This document shows positions 23,301 to 34,336 of a DNA stretch of 34,336 nt, in pieces. Made by a program: the position numbers and the translations under genes. The stretch covers positions 1-34,336 of the forward strand of contig FLMG01000604.1 in NCBI GenBank assembly GCA_900088475.1, written 5' to 3'. The notes beneath the pieces were generated by a model. It worked only from the letters and a program-made list of their open reading frames with translations. It did no database searches and was not told the origin of the DNA. Position 1 is the first letter of the stretch. Each line of letters begins with the position of its first letter. Origin of the DNA: Hyphochytrium catenoides (Eukaryota; Protista; Hyphochytriomycota).

Positions 23301-26300
23301 TGACGAAAAAAGTATTCGTCCACCTTCACCTGAGAGATTTATGATTAGTCTTCTCGACATTGACTCCATGGTTTGACGTTTTCTCTAACAGAAGCCTCTG
23401 CACCGCTACCAGCCTGCATTTTAACCTTGATCGGACTACACATTAATCATTTGGCGTACCTTGTAAGTAATTGCGTGATTGTACTGCGGACTTAGCCCGT
23501 GCAGCAGTGGTGTCATCTCACTCTCGAAGTCGTAGAAGTCACAAAGGACGAATGTAGACCGCTGGCCGGAGAAGTGTTCCGGACTTAGAGAAGCAGAGAG
23601 GATTGAGATTTCAAGGATGTTCTCATCTGAAAGGGTCACCGTTTGTTATACAGTCAGACCAGATTAGCAACAACTCGGATGAAGAAAGGACCAAGCAAAA
23701 GATTTCCGGTAGGGATGAGTGTCTCTCCAATCCACTTCAGTCAGACGAGAGAAGGAACAAGCCTGCAGTACCATACCAAAGTAGCAATAGAAGTACGAAC
23801 ATTACAAAGGGTATACCAGGACCCTCCCGATGGTGCACATGAAAACCTGACCAAGGAATATACTTCACAAGGACACCAAGGTTTGCATACCTGCCCCGAA
23901 CTCTTCATTCTGCAGTCCGAAGAGGTCGCTATGTTCGTCAATCGGGTCCTCTTCATCTTGCTCGTCTTCTAATGGCTCTGCTAGACGGCTTGCATCTACG
24001 GTCCAAAAGTGATCGCAGTTAGTCACATTGTACAGCCAATGCTGTCAAAAATGGAAATACAGCTATAAGAGGTGTGAGTGGACGTTTAGAACAGCTAAGA
24101 TGACTTGTGACGGAGAGGGACCAATGGGAATGTCTCTCTCTAAAAACACTTTTTGTTCAGTCAGCGTTATAGACATTCCAATCGCGAAGGAACAATCACC
24201 TTGCTGCCGGTTTCGAAGGGTCCTTCGAAGATCTTCTACGTCTTTCTCTAGAGCGTTAATTTTCTGGAGGCGAGTGGTGGCAAGCTGTTCAAAGGCTCTG
24301 AGCTTCTTCTCTATCTCCCCCTGATCTAAGTTCGCGCGAGCGGTCAGCTCCTCGAGTTCCAAACTTAGATCTCTGCCGGATTGAGGGTTAGTTAGCTTTA
24401 TCCGACACAGTGAGATGGGGCAATGCACGGACATAATAGACATCGAGCCCGCGTTAGCATTTCTTTCTAGTCAGTGAGGAAAGTCAGCAGCAAAAATAGC
24501 ACCATATCAGTGAAGGTGATATTAGCAACAGTGTAAAAAGGACCAGTAAAGCATGTAGCTGTGGCATCTATCCTTGCCTATTAATGTTAACCTGGGCTTT
24601 CAAGATGCGCTCCGTCCTCTCTAGCTCGCGGACCACACTGAGATGATTCATCTGAAGCTCTCTCAGTCTCTTCTTTAAGCTGGCGACACTTGAAAGAGGG
24701 CACATTGGTGACGAGTAGGGACTCTAGAAAGCAGACCCGATGGAATTGCGAAAGAGAGCTCGCAAGAGGTGATTGCCCACGGAAATAGCTCAAAGAAGTA
24801 GTGTGGGGTTCGGGTTGATGAACACCCTTTCAATGTAGGGTTTAATAGTACCTGTCATCATCGCTCATTCTCTGCAGGAACTCCACTTGAGAAGGGTCTC
24901 CCATCGTGCTGCGCACCAACGCAAGAGCCCTAGAGTGATTGGGAGGATATAAAGGGCGTAGAAGCGACGTGTGCTTGTGTGAGATCTTAGCCCAAATAAC
25001 TGAGGAGACTAACTATAAGAAATGTCAGACAGACCGCCTAGTCTGCAATATAAGGAGAGGTCTACAAGCCGTAAGAAGGAGAGAGAGGACATAAGGTACA
25101 TTTGCAGTTCCTCTGGAGTTGCATTCTGTAACCCTTGGAGAGCTGCAGCATTAAACCCTTGTAAGGTCGGTATGCCGGGCTGAGAAACGGGGGTGGTGGG
25201 AGTGGCTGAAGTTTCTCCCGCATGGGCCGTCGCGGGGCGTCTTTTCTCCTCCTCTTTTTTTGCTTCTTTTCCGGCGGGCTCAGAAGGAGGAAGAAGGCCG
25301 TCTCCTTCATTTGCATCCGGCGCGAAGGATGAAACTAACGGCTAATAAAAGCAAATGATTAGGCGCAGCACGTGGGGGATTAGACATAAAGTGAAGGATC
25401 GCTCTACAGAGAGTTATGTTCGTCTATATGACGGTGGGCTTGGGAGTGAGGAGGAAAGAGTGTTGAAATGAGATGGAGAGCCCTCCTTACCTCAGCTTGG
25501 TTTTTCGAAATCTCGAATCCTGAAGGCATGCCCAGAAGGGAGCTAAAGGCTGCAGCTCTCTTGGCTTCTGAAAGTTGATGCTCCAGATCCATCTTCTGTT
25601 TGACGACTTCGTCTTTCTCCTTTCGGATGCCTATCAGACCGAGGAGCAAAATGTCTTATTACGCATTTTTGGCTAGACGATTCCAGACGATTGCCTGTTT
25701 TTCTGCCCCCTTCTCTATTCCTCCTCAATTGTACACCGCAGCGTTTCGTATTTGTTACCCACAGCGGCTAGCCCGTAGAGGCTGGCGGTAGCTAAATTCA
25801 ATCCCTCTCATCGAAGCAGCCAAATGGTCTCGCCTTGTACCTTGCAGCTGGCCTTGAAACTCCTGCAATTTCTTCATATAGCTCTTGGCGGCCTCCTGGA
25901 GCTGCTCAATTTGCTGCTTCTGAGCCTTATCTTGCTTTTCGAGCGCAAGAAGTCTATCAATCCTCTCTTTAGACTGAGCAGAATTGCTGATGAAGGGACT
26001 GTCGCACAGAGCCTTAATCTGAGACTCGAGTCGATGATTCTGTGAGGATAATCGACAAAAGAAGCAAAAGGGTGAGGTTTAAGTCAGACCATGACTACTT
26101 TTACGGCTTGCGGGGATGCAGCGTGAATACGGGTAAGAGGAATGTTGCAGCTTGTCTAATGCAACTCCTCTTATTGGGCTCTAACCACGCTAAGAGCTAG
26201 AGGAGAACAAAGGTAGGTGATATGGCAAAACGAGGATAATCAGTTTCTCAGTCGCACCATATCTTTAAGGGCATTCCTCTCATCTTCCAGGTCCTTAAGT

Positions 26301-27843
26301 CGACCTGTTTTTAGAGCAAGCGCATCACGTTCATGGGATGTCTCCGTTAGCTGCCGTCGCAAGTTCCGAATAGAGCGGTTGAACTCCTCCATTTGCTCAA
26401 GGGTTCTCTCCTAGGTTGACAGTATTAGACAACGTTCCCTCTCTTAGGAAGATAGCAAGGTATTTCGAGAGAGCTAAGGATCCAATACATATCACAGGAG
26501 CAACTCTGTATATCCGTCGAGCGCACAAAGTTTACCTGAAGCTCTCTTTCAGCGCGTGCTTTCACCTCGAGGTGCTCATAGCGAGTCTATATTCGAACAT
26601 GGTGTTAAACGTGAGCCGGGAGGACAGAGAGAGAACAGAATCATTGCAGGGGCATAAGGCTTACGGTCATCAAAGAAAGCTGGGCCTTCTTCTCCCTAAG
26701 GTCCCGCGTTAGAGCTGCCACATTTCCGTGCTCTGATGTGTCACCTGGTTTGCCTCCCGTGAGTTGCATAGCGGTAGCACTTCGGCACTAGATTACCTGA
26801 GGGCTGTGACTCCTCTTGAAGCTTGCTATTTTCCCTCTGAAGACGGACTAGCTGACTCTCTGCTGTCACTAGGCGGCTCCTTAGAGCATCAATTAACTCT
26901 TGCATCTTCCCTGACGCTTGCATCTCTCGAGCCTGAGAACGAGACAATTGGATAACTCCTAAGCGCTCCCGCATTTGGCTTATACTTCCGGACGATTCTC
27001 AAGTGCTCAAGACTCACCTTCTCAGCCAAACCCTGCAACGGAACAGGAATAACATCCCGATTCCCGCTTTCCGGGTCTGAAGTACGACTCCGTGAATGGA
27101 TGTCCAAGATGCGAGAGTTGAACAAGTAGGCTTACCTTTGCGCTTTATGGAAGCTCCAACTTGACGCCGTGACGCCCGCATGAGGGCACTTTTCTAGGAA
27201 TGAGGGATAGTCTGTTTCTCAGTTCTATACAGAAGGAGTAGTGGAAGTGCCATACAGATCCATACCTTCTGCTTTAGCTCCTGAAGCTCCTTGTTCTGCT
27301 CTTGGAGAAGTCTAAGGACATAAGGGGGTAACGAAAGTTAGCGCCTCTCCTGTGTCTCCCTTTCCATATCTCCACTAGTTCTCCACAGCAATCGCACCTG
27401 CACCTATCGTGAAGAATCTGGTTCTTCTTTGTCAGCTCAGCATTCTGTTTCCGTAGCTCCGCAATGAGTTTTTCTCCTTCCACATCCCTCCTTGCCTGGT
27501 TGCCGCGGGCTCCTATGTGACACGACTCATCAGCGAGAGGCCACAAGCCGACTGTCCAACGGTGTAGTGCTACCTAGCTCAAAGCTGTTTTCCCTCTCCT
27601 TCCGCTTTATGTTTTCCTCGATCATCGCGAGCTTGGTGTACATCCTACGAGGTAGCAGTTCAGTGCCAAAGTGTACAGGCTTCTACTCCTAGCTGCCTAC
27701 CTCTTGATGGTGGTCTCCTGCTCATTGTTCTTCTTCTTCAGAGCAATGTTCTCCTCTCGAAGTCGAAGAATCCGTTCATCCTCAGAGGCCCCACGGCCCC
27801 TGGAAACCCTCCCCAGGGCACCTGAGGCTAGTGCGGCCGCCAT
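14347..27843 (-). CDS. RPGRIP1L: RPGRIP1L/MKS5/Fantom-like ciliary transition-zone protein: coiled coil, two C2 domains and a long EF-hand array; about 48 exons
   Basis: N-terminal EDERILRLREENIALKKKNNEQETTIKRMYTKL; ELERTERILKAQVNINRDL; first C2 ENILEISI..TFVLCDFYDFESEMTPL..PQYN..TYKVKVDEYF; second C2 LQVTIEGCEGL..PSPYVHFQLLSFPD..DPLF..VFDDD..LIGMATVP. The frame can be followed exon by exon through the EF-hand-like units (e.g. DKDLDGRLTEEE) to TAA at 14347-14349. ATG taken at 27843. Confidence 0.82.
18996..19236 (-). other. GC-AG intron (241 nt) in the RPGRIP1L-like gene
   Basis: ACTAAG|GCAAGC ... CTCCAG|GTCCCA joins FAFALTK to VPNMAL within an EF-hand pair. Reading through hits TGA after 4 codons. 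Confidence 0.75.
24373..24577 (-). other. GC-AG intron (205 nt) in the RPGRIP1L-like gene
   Basis: AATAG|GCAAGG ... GGCAG|AGATCT gives AQVNINRDLS. The upstream GT alternative is out of frame. CTAAC branch motif present. Confidence 0.8.
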
Positions 27844-28192
27844 CGTCTCCTTGTCGTGCTCTGGCTCAGAGAGGCTTAGCGAATAACATCTGTACCCCCT
27901 AACCTTGCCTCATCGGCCAGATGGGAGGTCTTGTGGCCCTCGTCCTAGCACCCCCACAACAATTCCTAACTGCTCCTATTATTAAGCGGCATTACTCTCA
28001 AATATCTCTCTCTTTGCCCCCGTTGCTTCTCCTTTGCTCCCTGATGCCATGCCATCAAGAGTCCTGACAGCGTGCAAGATGATGTCCAGGGCCTTTCCCT
28101 CTGCTGACAGCCTTCTTCCCTCCTTCTTCCTCCGCAATCACCACTTCTTTCTGCCTTGAGCGCTGAACAATTCCTGCGTCGCTTCGCAAATG

Positions 28193-28240
28193 CCGGTACC
28201 GGTAAGGCTAGCCGTTAACGGCTTTAAAAGCTGTAACAGC
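28193..28240. promoter_or_regulatory. Palindrome cluster in the divergent RPGRIP1L/Deg intergenic region
   Basis: CCGGTACCGG (28193-28202), AGCCGTTAACGGCT (28210-28223, perfect) and GCTGTAACAGC (28230-28240, one central base). A regulatory role is inferred from position only. Confidence 0.35.
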
Positions 28241-28575
28241 AAAAACCCAACAGTACAGCTCACAGAGAAGTTGAGGAAGGAAGATCAGGATAGATCTGGC
28301 TTGAACTCTTCAGACTAGATCCAGAGATTCAGAGTCTTCACTCTTCAATCTTCAATCCTCGATCCTCATACCACGGCAGAGCCAGACGAGACGTGCAGGT
28401 AGCAGGCCGGCCGTCGCCAAGGCCCAGATCAGTGAACAGGCATTCAAATCCTACTTCAGTAGAACGCTCTGCAGTGACAAGAGAGTTAGGAGCTACCATG
28501 ACTGCTAAAGTAGTTCTCAGGAGGCTGAATCTCAGGAGCCTTACGAGGACCCAGAATTGCCAAGCGCTCTCCACT

Positions 28576-30278
<1,703 letters not shown>

Positions 30279-30462
30279 GGAGGCAGCAGTGCTGCTTATA
30301 GCGCTGCTGGTTGAATCTGGTTGAATAGATAACATTTAGTAAGACTAACCTGGACACTATAATGAAGTGTGCAAGCCTAATTTGACGGGAAAAACAGAAG
30401 CTACTTGCAGTTTGAGCAGACACTAACGCCTTGTGCTTCAGAAACGTCTAGGGAGTCTGAGC

Positions 30463-32159
30463 TTATGCCGTTGTTGTATGATGACGAATACACTTCCCTG
30501 AGACTTTTGCATACCGTGAGCACTCTGCGACGTCACAAGCAACATACTCCAAGTTAACCCGATGGTTAACACAAAGTCCAACACTGCCTGCATGTGCGCT
30601 GCATCCTCTTGTCATGCACCTCTTATATTTAACACGAGCTCCATGGCCAATGCAGACTCCTCCTTGAACAGCCTGCTTCTTACACGATGGAACCCTGCAA
30701 CGTGGAGACAAAGCTCCATGCTGGACGCAGACCCCCCTTGACCTGGCATACTTGTGACAGCCATCCTCTTTACAGCGGTTATACTTCACCACAGCCCCAT
30801 GTGATATGCACACCTTGCCACGCACGGCCTGTTTGAAGCACCCCTCGACCTTGCATCTTGGGTGCTTTGCCTTGGCCCCATGATCACCGCACACACTGTC
30901 CGCAACAGCTAATCTCTTGCAGCCTTTCGCTCTGCAAACAGAGTCGTCTTTGGCAACATCTCCGTTAGCACCTGTGGTGGGCGAACCGTATTTTGACGCA
31001 TTCATGGGTTCTCCGGGAGGATGCGAAACTGACGTAGTTGCATTATGATCTACCATCACGGCACCGAACGCTGCAGGGCTTTTCGAAACGAATACCAGAT
31101 GGGCCGAGAGCTGTAGAGCGGTTGTTGTCGTAGAAGATTCATGTGACTCTAGAGTAGACAACGCTGGACGATCATCCTTGGACTCCCACTTCCACTTTGA
31201 TGGAAATGTTGGATGTTGTTCCGGGGGCCATTTCAGCCTACCAGATGTTTCAGGAGTGGAAGATGCTTGATATCGGTCGCCCGGGCGCGCCGCAGTGTTG
31301 CAAGTGCTTAGATTTTCCATTTTCACAATCTCCTTTGCCTGCATCTCTATCACCTTCGAGGTTTCCTTCTGCCCAACGTCCTCTGAAGTGCTTCGAGAAA
31401 GATTTACACGGGTGCTTTCGAAAGAGATTGTAGTAGATGAGATGCCATTTGGACCACTTGCAATAGTTGGTTGAGGGGGCCTTCGATGGGAAGTTGACGA
31501 TGATCCATGACCGTATCTCTGGCGGATTGCTGGAGATAACTGCATCGCAAACGACGGTAGGGCTTTACAAAGCGGCCCCTGAACAGGATTACCAAGGGCA
31601 CTTTCGATGGTATCAGCGAATACTTTTCCCTTCAAGAGATTTGAAAATGCTGCTGAATATCGTTGCTTACAGGCAGAATCATTTACTAATGCGAACATCG
31701 TCTCCATACGACCAGAGGTCTCGCATTGCTGCAATCGGCACCCAGTACAGAACGGACGGAATGGAAACGAAGGCGAATGAGTGGTATGCTCCTTCTTGTC
31801 GGCCCCTGCCTACGGACTGAGCTAAGGTACCTCTGGACACCTTGATAGCTCTCGGCGCTACAGAGCTCAGAGCTTGCAACTATAACAATGAGGTCGATCT
31901 TAGAGAGTATACAGAGAGGCTTCTCCTTGCCGTCGTTTCTGCTTGCGACCAGAGAAAAGCAAAAGCAGCGTCGGTTGCTCTCTCCCCCGTTAATCGTCTG
32001 AAGGCTTCGCAGTCTTGACTTGAGAAAGTCTAGGCAGCCATCATGTCAAGCCAGCCGTGTCTCTCACATACGATGCTGCTTCGGGTCCTGAGAGTTTGGC
32101 GGTTTCGCGGACATTGACCATGACCAACTCATGGCACTTGGGTGCACAGGGGAAGTCAT
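30463..32159 (-). CDS. WRKY19-like zinc-finger repeat protein (six Cx4Cx9Cx2H units; no WRKY domain)
   Basis: The long last exon encodes CRAKGC..CGDHGA, CKVEGC..CISHGA, CKEDGC..CVQHGA, CRVPSC..CIGHGA, CMTRGC..CVNH, CDVAEC..CIRH. The 5' extension is tentative: ATG 32159, a 40-nt GTATGT..CCTAG intron, an open exon, and a phase-1 acceptor at CATTAG|TAAAT near 31686. Confidence 0.72.
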
Positions 32160-34336
32160 GGTTTTACCAACCCAAACCGTAACCCAGGCTGCAAATTAAT
32201 TGGAGTAGAAGCTTTGAGCCAAGGGGGCCGCCGGGCAGTTGAAAGAGAATAACAGAGAGGTAAGAGGTGAAGCTTGACACGTAGTCCCTTGCGCTCCTGT
32301 TCTTCTGCGGTCCTGGACTACACCATCACTTCGCTTTCGCTCCTCTTCGCTCCTCACTAGACTGTCAGGGCCCATCTTTCGTTACATGGATGACGAGCAG
32401 TAGTGGTAGTGGCAGTAGCAGAAGAGGAAGGTTGAGGACTAAGAACAAGAGGAAACAACAGATGGGAAGGGAAGAGAACGAGCGAGAGGGAAAGGCCAGG
32501 TCACTGAGGAGAGGAACGGTGTTGGGGGAAAGGGAAGAAGAGAAGGTCGAAAGTGAAAGAGGTGCAGCACAGCAAAAGTGACCCCTCAGTGCAGCCCTAG
32601 CTCTATCATTTATCCTGCCATTGTGAAAATCAGCGGAATGACCTTTCGTTCAGCATCATATACGACAATCATAGGCACCTATTGAGATTTGCTAGGGTAA
32701 TGCGCGTAGCGATATTGAATGCCGACATTATTTGAAAATAAAGGTAGTTGTTAACACCCTGTAGAGGAGAAGGAGTGTTAAACCGACAATTAGAAGCCCC
32801 TAGGGTGGCATATGGGATAGTACAGGCCTCGAGGACCAACGCATCGCATCATAAACAAATGCCCGATGAGCCAAAGGTAAGGTTGAGGTCCAACACGGTT
32901 TCGAGGTTTCACGCTTGCTTATGGCCCGTAGTAGAAAAAGGATGATAGTTCTACCTCTCACCCTTTCTTGCAAGAACCTGTTCAATTCAATCCATAGCTG
33001 TCATGATCTGTCGCTTCACCAACCTCACTTTTTATAACTTGGCGCAAGCTGCATCTTAGGTCTTTGGACTTTCAGCCAATGACAGGGGAGCAATGAGGAC
33101 GGTCAGAGTACGAACAATATTTCTAAGAAGAAACAGAAGAAGAAACATGGGACTCATGCCTCGAGGGCAGGATGCTGAAATGATCGAGCACTTCTTCGTA
33201 TTGCAGAACACCACGCACCACACAGAAAGGCCTCTATGACCATGGTAGAACCAGTGTGATAATTTGTGTAGTTCCCTCAGAAGCTGGGACGGGAACTTGC
33301 AACCAGGGTCAAGGGTTAAAGACAAAATAGTATGCTGCTTCTTCAGCTGCCTTCTGCTTCCAGGGCCGCACCTTACCTTCCGGAGTAATAAGACTCAACC
33401 AAACCAGCTACAAACCGAGTGAACTTCCCTCTGTTCTTCCACTCCTTCATCAGACAGTGAGTAGTCCATCCTTTCTAAATTCCCCATTGCTTTTGAAGAA
33501 CGTTAGGCCCAGATGCTAGAAGCCGACTGATTGCTTCCTAGGGCATAGGAACAGCCGAAGCGACACATCAAGTCCCGTCTACACTTCTGCACCCGAGCCG
33601 TTTCGGATGCTCCGCCTGCCGTTTAGCATTCTGGGCTCCTAGCGCATGAAGAAGCCATTGCATGTGAAAGTGAAGGGAATAAGCACTGGTGGCTGTGATG
33701 ATGGGCCAAATGTAGGGCAGATCACACTCGAACCCAACTCTTCTAAACCCTATCCTCTCCGTGATTGAAAAATGTTCAAGCAACACAGCGTTTACAGTCT
33801 GGTTTGTTAGCCCAAGTTACTTGGACTAACTGCTCTATCCACCTACTATGGAGTGCAGTATCTTTTGTTGGCTTTAGCTGTTTGTTGCTAGTCTCGACTG
33901 GCCACATTCTAGCATGGAGCGTCCTTTCCGAGTCCTGGTCAGTTCGGGTCACCAAATGTCCCTGAAACGGACGACATCGCTGTCAACGTGCGAAGAAGAT
34001 TCTTGGAAAACCGCTTTCATGTCCGGCACCCATCGCGTCTGTCTTCGTCGCAGACACTTCTTGTAGTTGTTTGCAGCTCTTCTAGGGAAACCATGAAGTG
34101 CTGCGGGAACAGTGAGTGATCGAGCAGCCCATGGGCAACATGTCATATAGTAGACCTGATAGAATTGTGATAAACTTCCTAGTCCTCTTCTGAGAAGCCC
34201 ATGCGCAACATTAACATTAGACTTTGTCACAAGCATCTCCATGCATACCATGACAATTAGGCAGGGCAACACACGGACAGCAGAATGGTGTCATGATGAG
34301 GTCATGATCAACAGTTTTGCCATTGAGAACTAATAA

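Noticed and set aside
14347-27843. Two or more separate genes (coiled-coil/C2 gene and EF-hand gene)
   Set aside because: Phase-compatible splice sites link all exons with no stop or obvious intergenic gap. cDNA confirmation is still needed.
30463-30940. WRKY transcription factor
   Set aside because: No WRKYGQK domain; only the Cx4Cx9Cx2H repeats are present.
32390-32581. 63-aa R/E/G-rich ORF
   Set aside because: A by-product of a purine-rich tract upstream of the minus-strand gene.

Overview
Eukaryotic nuclear DNA, not prokaryotic: a compact, very intron-rich region read in the standard genetic code (about 100 short spliceosomal introns in my hand-built models). The gene families suggest a flagellated stramenopile-type protist (inference). 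Splicing by hand gives eight genes: PDAT/LCAT-family acyltransferase (+), zinc-ribbon/FYVE/SYLF protein (+), LRRC61-like LRR protein (-), coiled-coil/F-box-like protein (-), secreted 2OG-Fe(II) prolyl-hydroxylase-like oxygenase (+), a 13.5-kb RPGRIP1L/MKS5-like gene whose C-terminus is a long EF-hand array (-), a Deg1-type HtrA protease with a mitochondrial-looking leader (+), and a WRKY19-like Cx4Cx9Cx2H repeat protein (-). Non-coding features are a higher-order 49-bp minisatellite, a palindrome cluster in a divergent promoter, four GC-AG introns and a CpG-poor left end. Most ORFs in the supplied track are exon fragments or antisense shadows. The best candidate for novelty is the RPGRIP1L-EF-hand architecture; I found no evidence for a CRISPR-like, recoded or clearly new multi-gene system.
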